Below, piece after piece: positions 1 through 8,553 of a DNA stretch of 52,498 bases. Numbering within the stretch: the stretch's first letter is position 1; each line of letters opens with the position of its first letter. The position numbers were made by a program, and so were the translations under genes. The DNA comes from Hyperthermus sp. (GTDB lineage Archaea > Thermoproteota > Thermoprotei_A > Sulfolobales > Pyrodictiaceae). The stretch is taken from the NCBI GenBank assembly GCA_003978665.1, contig QNYQ01000027.1:1-52498 (forward strand). The letters are read 5' to 3'. Under the pieces are notes generated by a model. It did not search any database. It was not told where the DNA came from and saw only the letters and a list, made by a program, of their open reading frames with translations.

Positions 1-334
1 GGCTCGGTGTCGGCAGAGGCTACCATTACCTTGCCTACTGACTATAGATAGTAGGCTACCTCGTAGCCTCCCATAAGGCATGCGTTAAATCCTATAATGT
101 CTATTCCGAGGCCGCGGAGCGCGTTAGCTATGTGTCTAGCAAGGTCAGCCCACAATATAGTATAAGCATGTGGTGAGGGCAGCGGCGGGCCTAGAGCTCG
201 AGGCCTCCTGTGCCTCTAGGGCCCAGGACAAGTAAACATGCTTTGTGTTTAGTACATGGTGAAATGCAGCATGTATGTGAATGTTATTATTCCCGGGCTT
301 CTCTAATGAGAAGGACTGCCAATATGCTATTTAG

Positions 335-559
335 TTACTTAAGTATGTAGCGTTCGATTCCGCTGCCACTAATTCTAATTATGTCCCATCTCTTGCCATC
401 GAAGTGTATAAAGTAAACTTGTTTACGTAAGACACCTTTCTCGAACTCCTTTATTTCACATGGGCGGAAAACCTTGGGGTTGAGTTCTAGAATCCTCTTC
501 ACCTTTTTATATTCTATCTTGGCATTCATACCAATGTCAGTGATGAAGTCCTCAGCCAT
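335..559 (-). CDS. hypothetical small protein (74 aa) in AT-richer island
   Basis: ORF track. Its start abuts the stop of the upstream ORF at 559. No recognisable motif. Local composition is visibly AT-richer than the rest of the window. Confidence 0.4.
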   Translation of the reverse strand: MAEDFITDIGMNAKIEYKKVKRILELNPKVFRPCEIKEFEKGVLRKQVYFIHFDGKRWDIIRISGSGIERYILK

Positions 560-894
560 TACTCTACAACCTCGTATAATATAATCCTGCCGTCGGTGGT
601 CTTCTCGGCTAACAAGTTATCGCTAATCTTCTTTATCTCGCCAGGCCTAAGTGATAGGGCCCCCTTAGGCTTAATTGACTTCCACAAGGCCCTCACTAAT
701 GCCGGCATTGACGGTCTCCCAATGAATACAGTCACTTCAGGAGTTTGACGAATCTGCGTTAGGTCATTTCTTGGCGCTGATATCTCAGTACTGTCGCTAA
801 ACCCCTGCCCACGAATTCTTTGGAGGCTCTGGATAGGTTCCTTTGGAATGAGAACAAGCTGGCTTACCATACCTCTCATCCCACGGGCTTCCAT
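559..894 (-). CDS. hypothetical protein (111 aa)
   Basis: ORF track. It overlaps both neighbouring ORFs (876-894 and 559), which looks like an operon. No recognisable motif. Confidence 0.4.
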   Translation of the reverse strand: MEARGMRGMVSQLVLIPKEPIQSLQRIRGQGFSDSTEISAPRNDLTQIRQTPEVTVFIGRPSMPALVRALWKSIKPKGALSLRPGEIKKISDNLLAEKTTDGRIILYEVVE

Positions 895-1367
895 TGAATC
901 TTAACACTCCAATGAACCCAGTAAAGTGGCTCGTTCATGTCGGTTCTATAATTTATGTTGCGTGAAACCATGGATGCTTCTCCCACTACTTTAATCCTAT
1001 ACTTCTTGCCTTCTACCTCAACCTCTACCTCTTCTGTGGCTGGCTCCTGGCTTTGAATATTTATCAACTCCCACCCGTCCTCTGGAAGTCTATCTGGTGG
1101 GCTTAGGGGTTTATCCTTTACATTGTTCTTTAACTCATCTGGCACATAGAGCGATGAAACTCCGCCTGCTGTCTTAACGGCAAAGTTAACTCCGCCAAAT
1201 GGTGAGAAGCCTACGTACTTTACACCAACAACTACAACACGTAGAACCAGTTTACTGCCATCAGCAAGGGTAACAATGCCAGGCTTACTTAGTATTACAC
1301 AGTAAACATCCTCCATCATGGCCATAACCCCTAACAACCCAGCAAACACTATACCATAGCTTCCCAA
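876..1367 (-). CDS. hypothetical protein (163 aa) with hydrophobic N-terminus
   Basis: ORF track. The N-terminal segment GIVFAGLLGVMAMM may be a signal or anchor. First gene of a three-ORF overlapping set. No recognisable domain. Confidence 0.45.
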   Translation of the reverse strand: MGSYGIVFAGLLGVMAMMEDVYCVILSKPGIVTLADGSKLVLRVVVVGVKYVGFSPFGGVNFAVKTAGGVSSLYVPDELKNNVKDKPLSPPDRLPEDGWELINIQSQEPATEEVEVEVEGKKYRIKVVGEASMVSRNINYRTDMNEPLYWVHWSVKIQWKPVG

Positions 1368-2056
1368 TAAGTTTGTAGTACAAGCAACAGGAGAGACCTA
1401 TTAGCAGCAAATCGTTAGCGCATTAAGCCGGAAGGCATGAACTCCTATATGCCAGCATGAAAGCCGTACTTTAGAGAATGAGGCCCTCCTATCGGGTAGG
1501 CTCTTACTACGTTAGCTAACCTAGTGTTTTTAATACAGCTCTGCTGGCCTAAGTGGAGTACATGCTTGTGTTCTCGTTTTGTTCATTGACGTGCTCGAAG
1601 AGGAATGCCGTTTTTACTTCGACTTTGCTTGCTGTAAGGTTTTATAACATCATGATAGGACCCCTTCTCCTTATCCATGCAGCTCTCTCCCTCTCATTCA
1701 ACTCTAAGAGCTCTAATGGCTTTAGCACATCCCCCCATATTTACCCGGATACCGGATAAGCCTTGCATCTACCAGCTACCCCGCTTAAACTCCTAAGCCC
1801 TTACCCCCGACATGCTGCAGTTATTATCGCTCATGTGGACCAGTAGGATAACCATGTCAATGCGTATGCTGCATTCTATTGCTGGTCCATGCGATGCTGG
1901 ATGCTGGTTATTATGCCTAAGTCTCCGGAAGGGTTGGTGTAAACGCTAATTTACTGCCCTCTGTTTCATTGGTTCCCTATACTTGAATGGTGTCGTTTCG
2001 GGTTTCCCGCTTTTCTTGCTGAGGGAAGGGAGGGAAGGTGGTCTGCTACGTGGCCG

Positions 2057-3136
2057 TTGTTTGACCGGTATGGTAGGCCTTTGACTAATCTGCGTGTGAT
2101 GGTTACTGGTAGGTGTAATTTCTCGTGCTTCTTCTGTCACATGGAGGGTTACCGTGACCCTGATATTGCTTCGAGGGAGTTGAGCCTGGAGGAGTTGGAG
2201 CTTTTGGCTAGTGCTGCTAGGAGGCTTGGTGTGAGGGCTTTCAAGGTTACTGGTGGGGAGCCTACGCTTAGGAGGGACTTGGCCAGTATTGTGGCGTTGT
2301 TTAAGTCTATTGGGGCGTATGTGTCTTTGACTACTAATGCTTCCCTGCTTCACCTGCACTTGAGGGGTCTTGTGGATGCTGGGCTTGACCATATAAATGT
2401 TAGTCTTCATGCTATGAGGGAGAGTGTTTTCTCGCGTATAACCGGCTCTAATATGTTTAGGAGGGTTGTGGATAATATTGTGGCTGCTAGGGAGTATGGG
2501 ATACCCGTCAAGATCAATTTCGTCATATTGAGGGGTTATAATGAGGATGATGTTGAGGAGTTGATAGATTTTGCTGCACGAATCGATGCGAGGGTGCAGT
2601 TTATAGAGCTGCATCCCGTCGGCAAGGCTGCTAAGAGGTTTCGCGACCACTACCTGCCAAGGTGGCGTATACTTGAGAGGTTAGAGAATAGGATAGTGGA
2701 GATAAAGTATAGGGTTGGCCTCCATAATAGGCCTATAATAGTGCTGGATAATGGTGTTGTGGTGGAGGTTGTAGGCCCTGTAGGCAACTACTTCTTCTGC
2801 GCGGGCTGTACAAGGATAAGGGTCACGTACGACTTCAAGCTAATACCCTGCCTGAACTGGAAGGGAGAACCCATAGATGTTAGAGAGAGGCTTAGGAGGG
2901 TGCGCAGCGTCGAGGAGAAGGTTGAGGCCATAGTTGACAGTATACGTGAAGCCAATAGGCTGCGGGAACCATATGTCCTCTACCCCCTCAAGGCTCTGCC
3001 AGCAAGGGAGATGAGGAAGTGGAAGACGGCTAGGCTTGGACTACCTAAAAGGGATGGGAGACTATGCATTCCCGGGGAGAGGTCGAGGGAGCACATAGAA
3101 AGGATTATTGCTGAATGGGGGGATTACGCGTACTAA
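2057..3136 (+). CDS. moaA: GTP 3',8-cyclase MoaA (radical SAM, molybdenum cofactor biosynthesis)
   Basis: LRVMVTGRCNFSCFFC (Cx3Cx2C), VTGGEPTLR and the C-terminal auxiliary-cluster cysteines FFCAGCTRIRVT...IPC. Length of about 359 aa. TTG start. Confidence 0.9.
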   Translation: MFDRYGRPLTNLRVMVTGRCNFSCFFCHMEGYRDPDIASRELSLEELELLASAARRLGVRAFKVTGGEPTLRRDLASIVALFKSIGAYVSLTTNASLLHLHLRGLVDAGLDHINVSLHAMRESVFSRITGSNMFRRVVDNIVAAREYGIPVKINFVILRGYNEDDVEELIDFAARIDARVQFIELHPVGKAAKRFRDHYLPRWRILERLENRIVEIKYRVGLHNRPIIVLDNGVVVEVVGPVGNYFFCAGCTRIRVTYDFKLIPCLNWKGEPIDVRERLRRVRSVEEKVEAIVDSIREANRLREPYVLYPLKALPAREMRKWKTARLGLPKRDGRLCIPGERSREHIERIIAEWGDYAY

Positions 3137-3252
3137 GCCGGCAGCCCGGCCAGGGTTACCTGGATCATCTGGCGTCTGGTCTCCCATGGGGAGGCGATGC
3201 ACATATAACTAGGGGGATGGCTCCTTCTACTAGTAGGTGGGCGTGATCTTCA

Positions 3253-4203
3253 ATGCCTTTCCTCCGAAGGCTTCGTAGATGGTGGCACATGAGGAACCCC
3301 GAGATCCGGTGGATCGTCGAGGTTGGTGTGAAGGAGGTCCCAGAGGAGGCTAATCCCGCCCCGGACAGAATGGATCAGCCCTACCCCTTCGTCTCCAAGT
3401 ATGTTGACGAGAACAGTTATCTCCTGGACGACCCGGACATCATGCTCACGCTGTTCCGGTCTGTCGTGGATAAGAGGGAGGAGCACATAAGGCTTCATGG
3501 TCTTCCGGGCGAGATTAAGCTTCTCGTGGCGAGGCCTGACGTGGCCAATGGCGTCTACTTGCTGGCGTTTAACGGCGAGCGCTTCCGTGCATGGCTGCTA
3601 ACCTATTATGGTGTTATTACTGCTGTTAGGCTTGACGAGGCGGGTATGGGTACTAGTTATGGGCTGCGTGCTTTGAGGTGGCTTGATGAGTGGACTGGGA
3701 GCGTTGATATTGTTAAGATCAGGCTTCGTGAGTCCCTCTACAGTTGGGGTCCAGAGTTCAGCGTGTACATTAAGGGGCTTGACAACCAGCACCACTATCT
3801 CGTCACGACACTCAACAACCTCTACAAGTACCTTCTGGCCGGCTCGGCGAGAAGGATCCTTGACGATACCCTCAACGCTCTACTGGACTATACCAAGTTT
3901 CATTTTAGGAGTGAGGAGGTGTTGTTCGACAAGTATGGCTACCCGAAGGCTGAGGGGCATAGGAAGCAGCACCAGACGTTTGTTGAGAAGGCAAGCGATT
4001 TCATGGAGAAGTATAAGGCTGGTGAGGCGCGTCTAACGCTGGAGGTGCTGCACTTCCTGGCTGACTGGGTTAAGAACCATATACTCACAAGCGACCACGA
4101 CTATGGCGAGTGGTTCTACGAGCACGGTGTCCCCATAGTTGAGGAGAAGCTTGTGAGGAGGAGCCGTGAGGTTAGGGCTAAGCTTGGCCTAGACAAGCTC
4201 TAG
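3253..4203 (+). CDS. hemerythrin-like metal-binding domain protein with unrecognised ~170-aa N-terminal domain
   Basis: The C-terminal half carries the bacteriohemerythrin signature: LDNQHHYL...LLDYTKFHFRSEE...HRKQHQTF...WVKNHILTSDHDY. A TATA-like ACATATAAC lies about 45 nt upstream. Confidence 0.7.
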   Translation: MPFLRRLRRWWHMRNPEIRWIVEVGVKEVPEEANPAPDRMDQPYPFVSKYVDENSYLLDDPDIMLTLFRSVVDKREEHIRLHGLPGEIKLLVARPDVANGVYLLAFNGERFRAWLLTYYGVITAVRLDEAGMGTSYGLRALRWLDEWTGSVDIVKIRLRESLYSWGPEFSVYIKGLDNQHHYLVTTLNNLYKYLLAGSARRILDDTLNALLDYTKFHFRSEEVLFDKYGYPKAEGHRKQHQTFVEKASDFMEKYKAGEARLTLEVLHFLADWVKNHILTSDHDYGEWFYEHGVPIVEEKLVRRSREVRAKLGLDKL

Positions 4204-4700
4204 CCTGGAGCGGCGTAGGCGACTACTACCCCCCGACCCCAGGACAGGGCTAGTGCTGCTGCAACAGGCCTCCCCGTAGAGTTGACCGTTATCCTGGCGG
4301 CATCCCCCGGCGCAAGGCCCAGGGGGAGCCCGGCTTCACGCCACTCCCCGCTGCCCAAGGCCTTGGTCTCGATCCTCACGCTGCCCGGGCTAGAGCCGCC
4401 GTCAACTACAAGCACTGTGTCGTCATCAAACACTATTACGGCCCCTATAACGAGTAGCGCATGCGGCGACGTATTATTGGCCATAACGACTACAGTGTTG
4501 TTTCCTACAGCAGAGAGTCTGACCATAATGCCCGGGTACTGGGCAGCAGCGTAAAGTGGTGCTGCCCGGAGCCTCAACAACATGTCAACATACTTCGATA
4601 CCGTGAAGTAGTAGAACGCTACAAAACCTATCAGCACAACCGACATTATCGACGCGCCCACTATGGTGGCAATACTCCTACAGCCCCTATCCCCACCCAT
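4200..4700 (-). CDS. membrane-anchored protein, possible archaeal type IV pilin-like (class III signal peptide)
   Basis: The N-terminus MGGDRGCRSIATIVGASIMSVVLIGFVAFYYF resembles the R-G/x-S-x-I-A-T hydrophobic stretch of archaeal pilin N-domains. The remainder looks beta-rich. Confidence 0.5.
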   Translation of the reverse strand: MGGDRGCRSIATIVGASIMSVVLIGFVAFYYFTVSKYVDMLLRLRAAPLYAAAQYPGIMVRLSAVGNNTVVVMANNTSPHALLVIGAVIVFDDDTVLVVDGGSSPGSVRIETKALGSGEWREAGLPLGLAPGDAARITVNSTGRPVAAALALSWGRGVVVAYAAPG

Positions 4701-4880
4701 AACCGTGAATCCTCACCCACCCTAGGCTACTGCAGGGTCTTGGACTTGAAGCTTTCCCTGGGGGAGGAGCGCGGAAAAAGACTCTAGAGCCTCTCTCCTC
4801 GGAGAGCGGGGCGCCAGGGGGAGGATTCTATCGTGGAGGGGGGTGATGGAGGAACACCGACGCTGAACCACCGTGGGCCC

Positions 4881-4961
4881 GCGATGCTGGAGCCCCTTCT
4901 CCCCTCTCGGGGGTGGGGTGTTGAGGCCTAGCGATGCTGACTCCCCCCTCTCCCCAGGGGA
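4881..4961. repeat. imperfect 50-bp-period direct repeat (gcgatgctg-N-C/T-rich-short palindrome) in a 272-bp GC-rich spacer
   Basis: 4881-4915 reads gcgatgctggagccccttctcccctctcggggg. 4931-4961 reads gcgatgctgactcccccctctccccagggga. Confidence 0.6.
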
Positions 4962-4972
4962 TCGTTGCTTTT

Positions 4973-5650
4973 TCACGGGGCGTGTGTGCTTGCTTCCTTC
5001 TCGTGAACGTGTTTTATGAGCTCGACTGTCTTTGTTATGGTGTAGGTGTAGCTTACTAGTGCTATTAGCGCTAGGGCTAGCCTGGGTTTTGCCAGTATGC
5101 CTGCCAGGAATACTATGAATATTCTCGTGTCTCTTCCGGCGATGTTTGGTATTCTGCCTATGAGTGCCGGGTGTTTTCCTGCTGTCTTTTCTCCGACGGC
5201 ATGTATGTAGGAGACTAGTAGGTCTCCGCTTAAAGCGGCCATGACTAGGGGTATGAGGACTAGTGGTTCAAGTAGCTTGGCGGCAGCCAGTGATACTCCA
5301 AGCAGTAGTGTTATGTCGGCCAGCCTGTCCAGTATAGTGTCGAGTAGGCCTCCTGCCTTGCTTGCCCTACCGGTGAGTCTTGCGAGCTCGCCGTCTACTC
5401 CATCGAGTATTGAGCCTATCTGAGCAATTACTCCTCCTAGCTGGGGGAGCCCCATAGAGAATAATGGTGCTCCCAGTGCTACCAGTATGGCTGATATCAC
5501 GCTGACAAGGTCTGGGCTTGGAGGATTAGGTAGTGATGCTAGTCGCCGCGATATTCTGGTCGAGATCCTCCTGTTTATCGTCCTCGACACCACCCCGTCA
5601 CTGGCCTTTACGATGCTAGCCTCTAACCCATGAGAGTACGTGTTCAACAA
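4973..5650 (-). CDS. CDP-alcohol phosphatidyltransferase family protein, di-myo-inositol-phosphate-phosphate synthase-like
   Basis: Exact family motif DGELAR-x8-G-x3-D-x3-D (DGVDGELARLTGRASKAGGLLDTILDRLAD). Multiple TM helices. Overlaps the upstream cytidylyltransferase-like gene. Confidence 0.8.
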   Translation of the reverse strand: MLNTYSHGLEASIVKASDGVVSRTINRRISTRISRRLASLPNPPSPDLVSVISAILVALGAPLFSMGLPQLGGVIAQIGSILDGVDGELARLTGRASKAGGLLDTILDRLADITLLLGVSLAAAKLLEPLVLIPLVMAALSGDLLVSYIHAVGEKTAGKHPALIGRIPNIAGRDTRIFIVFLAGILAKPRLALALIALVSYTYTITKTVELIKHVHEKEASTHAP

Positions 5651-6350
5651 CCCTCCCCCTCCTCCCCTCCTCTGCCTCTACGAGGTCGTCTGGAGTGTCG
5701 ATTTCCGTCCAGTAGGCTCCCCTTACGAGCACTGCCCGTGCTCTGCCAGTGGACGCTAGGCTCGAAACCAGGGCGTTCAACGTCAACACCCTCCCCCTCG
5801 CAGCCTCCTTCAGGGTTGGGGGCGAGAAGAGGGCGTGAACCCCCGTGTCCACGCACATCCACTCCCTAAGATTCTTGCTTGACTCGTAAAGGATTGGGGG
5901 CTGCATCATTATCTTTGTGGCCTCGTCCACGTCTATGAATAATGGGTTAGAGTCGCATACAAGAGCGTAGCCGCCCCTCCCCGCCACGCTATACTCCAGT
6001 CTTGCTGGCAGGAGGGGAGAGAACACGTGGTCGCTCATCGTCACAAAGGAGGCGTCGCTGGTAAGGGTTGAAGCGCCTAGTAGGAGGCTATAGCCGTTCT
6101 CCCTCCAGGGCTCATTATTCAACACGATATTGACGGCTCCCCGCCCAAGAATACTCCTCGCCAGCTCCCTCAGCCCCGACGCCAACTCCCTCCGGGTAAC
6201 TATCACGGCCTCAGCAGCCCCAAGCAGGTGCAGCACGCTCAGCGGATACCATGCAAGAGGCCTCCCCCTCAGCCTTACAAGAGGCTTAGCCCCCCCAAGC
6301 CTCCTGCCGGCACCGGCTGCGAGAACTATAATCAGCCTCGGCCACACCAT
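5616..6350 (-). CDS. nucleotidyltransferase (sugar-/inositol-phosphate cytidylyltransferase-like, IPCT candidate)
   Basis: N-terminal IIVLAAGAGRRLG...KPL nucleotidyl-transferase signature. Overlaps the CDP-alcohol transferase gene by 35 nt. Confidence 0.75.
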   Translation of the reverse strand: MVWPRLIIVLAAGAGRRLGGAKPLVRLRGRPLAWYPLSVLHLLGAAEAVIVTRRELASGLRELARSILGRGAVNIVLNNEPWRENGYSLLLGASTLTSDASFVTMSDHVFSPLLPARLEYSVAGRGGYALVCDSNPLFIDVDEATKIMMQPPILYESSKNLREWMCVDTGVHALFSPPTLKEAARGRVLTLNALVSSLASTGRARAVLVRGAYWTEIDTPDDLVEAEEGRRGRVVEHVLSWVRG

Positions 6351-6420
6351 GCCACACTACCCTTCCAGCAGCCTCAACGAGTACTGCTAGGCACCACACC
6401 ACAAAATTAAGGATCCATAT

Positions 6421-7185
6421 ATGAGAGACCTAGGATCGCCCGAGAGGGGCTTTGGCGCGGGCCTTGGAGAAAGCCTCCAGGGAAGGCTCCGGCTGCTAGT
6501 GTTGCTAGGCGTGGGTGGAAGGGGTTTGAGGAGGAAGCTCCTGGAGCATGAGGCTTTAAGCCTCCTCCACGAGTACAGTATACCCGTTGCCGAGTACTCC
6601 TTCGTCCAAGACGCTGGCGGGGTTGTTGAGGCGGCGGGGAGGCTGGGCTACCCGGTAGCTCTTAAGGTGGTTAGCCCGGACATAGTTCACAAGAGCGATG
6701 TGGGCGGTGTGGCACTTAACATTAAGAGTGAGGAAGAGCTTGTAGAGGCGTTGGAGAGAATGATTTCATCGATAAACGAGAAAGCCCCGGGGGCCAGGCT
6801 TGAGGGCTTTCTCGTCCAGAAGATGGCTCCTCCAGGGGCTGTTGAGGTGGCTATAGGAGGCTTGAGGGATCCCGTTTTCGGGCCAGCCGTAATGTTTGGG
6901 TTTGGGGGGGTTCTCGTTGAGCTCTTCCGTGACGTGAGCTTCCGCGTATCACCGTTCGATAGGGATGAGGCCCTTGAAATGATGCGTGAAACCAGGGTCT
7001 ACAGGCTGCTCCGGGGCTACCGCAGTATTCCGGCCAGGGACTTAGAGGCTATAGTCGACGTTATCATGTCCGTTCAGAGACTGCTTAACGAGAGGGAGAA
7101 CGTTGTTGAACTGGACCTCAACCCCGTAATGAGCTATACAACCGGGGTCCTCATCGTGGATGCAAGAGTTATTGTCGAGGAATAG
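6421..7185 (+). CDS. acdB: acetyl-CoA synthetase (ADP-forming) beta subunit / ATP-grasp domain protein
   Basis: LLEHEALSLLHEYSIPVAEY...GYPVALKVVSPDIVHKSDVGGVALNI is typical of the ACD beta ATP-grasp domain. Alternative in-frame starts are GTG 6511 and TTG 6526. Confidence 0.75.
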   Translation: MRDLGSPERGFGAGLGESLQGRLRLLVLLGVGGRGLRRKLLEHEALSLLHEYSIPVAEYSFVQDAGGVVEAAGRLGYPVALKVVSPDIVHKSDVGGVALNIKSEEELVEALERMISSINEKAPGARLEGFLVQKMAPPGAVEVAIGGLRDPVFGPAVMFGFGGVLVELFRDVSFRVSPFDRDEALEMMRETRVYRLLRGYRSIPARDLEAIVDVIMSVQRLLNERENVVELDLNPVMSYTTGVLIVDARVIVEE

Positions 7186-7209
7186 TCTCGCTCCTCGGGG
7201 CCGGAGCGT

Positions 7210-8346
7210 TTAGGTTACTAGCTGGACTAGCCCCTCAACCCCCCTCCTCTTCAACGCCTCCCTTATCTCAAGCGCTATCCTTTCTCCAAGGTTGAGCGGC
7301 CTATCGAAGTAGAGGTGGCTGTACTGGCCTCCCCACGCCATCACAGAGTTTGTTCCTCCCCCTATACGTGGAGCTATATCATACACTACTATGTCTAGTT
7401 CAGGAGTCACTATCCCCTGAAGCGTGAAAGGCCCTATAACGCCAGGCGGCTCCAGCCTCCGGGCAGCCTCGACAAACTTCAACGCTATCTCAAACACCTT
7501 GTGAAGCAAGCTCTCCCTAACCGTTACGGGTATGTGGCCGACCTCGATCATGCGCGGCTCAATAACACCCCTTAAAGCATCCTGGATCCAGGAGGGGAGG
7601 CGGTTAACATCGTCGATGCTCGTCTGAAGCCTACGATCCACGCTGTGCAGCTCAAGACGGCCATACACAACGCTCCAGAAGTAGTTGAAGTTGAAATGAC
7701 TACCAGCAACATACTCCTCTATACTCATCTCCCTCAAAGACTCCTCATCAACCACCCCCAGCCTCCTCAACTCCCCAAGCCTCTCCTCAGCCTCAGCACC
7801 ACTGCCGGCAACGAAGAAGGCCCTCTCAACCCTACGCCTAGCCTCCGGCAGCTTCACCATAACCGGGCCCTTAGCCTCGCTGAGATCCCGGTACGTTCTC
7901 GGACGCCTTATGCCGGCCTCGTCTAGGAGCCTATAATAGTTCTTCTCCCCCACCCTCTCCTCCCAACGTAAGAGAAACCTGTTGCCGAAAACCGGGACGT
8001 TGAACTCCTCCTCTATGCCCTCATAGCCTACATAGACTGCAAAACTACGGTTAGGCACAAATATAGTGTTAAGCCTCCTAAGCTCCTCCTGCACACGCTC
8101 ATCCAGCAAATCCCTATAGGAATCCAGCACAAGAAGCCTATCAACCAGGGGAAACATCCGGTAAGCTAGGTCACGGCCACGCCGAGCAACAGCGAGAGTC
8201 CTAAAACCATACCTCCTAGCACCATGAAGCACGTCGAGAGCCGAGTGGCTGGCAACAACACCTATAGTCAACGATGACAAGTCATACTCGCGCACAATAG
8301 AAGCAGCCTCAACAGCCAACACAACCCTCCCCCACAGAGCAGACAT
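7210..8346 (-). CDS. purP: 5-formaminoimidazole-4-carboxamide ribonucleotide synthetase PurP
   Basis: YDLSSLTIGVVASHSALDVLHGAR plus an ATP-grasp-like C-terminal half, as in archaeal PurP. ATG 8346 is chosen because a TATA lies 35-41 nt upstream. The ORF track extends to 8415. Confidence 0.85.
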   Translation of the reverse strand: MSALWGRVVLAVEAASIVREYDLSSLTIGVVASHSALDVLHGARRYGFRTLAVARRGRDLAYRMFPLVDRLLVLDSYRDLLDERVQEELRRLNTIFVPNRSFAVYVGYEGIEEEFNVPVFGNRFLLRWEERVGEKNYYRLLDEAGIRRPRTYRDLSEAKGPVMVKLPEARRRVERAFFVAGSGAEAEERLGELRRLGVVDEESLREMSIEEYVAGSHFNFNYFWSVVYGRLELHSVDRRLQTSIDDVNRLPSWIQDALRGVIEPRMIEVGHIPVTVRESLLHKVFEIALKFVEAARRLEPPGVIGPFTLQGIVTPELDIVVYDIAPRIGGGTNSVMAWGGQYSHLYFDRPLNLGERIALEIREALKRRGVEGLVQLVT

Positions 8347-8378
8347 GCCAGGAGAGGAGTGAAGAGGGGGAAAAGAGG

Positions 8379-8388
8379 CAAATAAAGG
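8379..8388 (-). promoter_or_regulatory. TATA-box candidate for purP
   Basis: The minus strand reads CCTTTATTTGC, 35-41 nt upstream of ATG 8346. Confidence 0.35.
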
Positions 8389-8553
8389 AGACCCACAGAT
8401 AGCCCGAGCAAGCACCTTAAAACTTCCCCGTCGAGAAAACCATTACCATATCAGGTTAGGAGAAGCCCGGGCAAGACCAAGCAATAGATTAGCGTTTACC
8501 AGTCCCTCCGAAACAGCTAAGAAGCCCAGGCCTCGGCATCATGCTCAACAGCA

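Noticed and set aside
1-26. Possible start (ATG at 26-24, minus strand, MVASADTE...) of a gene running off the left edge, with TATCTATAG about 20 nt upstream
   Set aside because: Only 8 codons are visible, which is too little to support a feature.
347-366. tRNA T-arm-like sequence GTAGCG-TTCGATTC-CGCTGC that could have marked an integration site
   Set aside because: The loop is 8 nt long. No matching acceptor, D or anticodon arms lie upstream. The sequence is AT-rich, unlike hyperthermophile tRNAs, and it lies inside a plausible CDS.
1946-2650. 234-aa minus-strand ORF antisense to moaA
   Set aside because: Shadow ORF. The sequence is low-complexity and Pro/Ser/Thr/Lys-rich, while moaA on the opposite strand has unambiguous motifs.
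4722-4976. 84-aa minus-strand ORF between the CDP-alcohol transferase and pilin-like genes
   Set aside because: Low-complexity Pro/Arg/Gly/Ser sequence created by the GC-rich repeat. It is kept only as an alternative explanation in the finding on 4701-4972.
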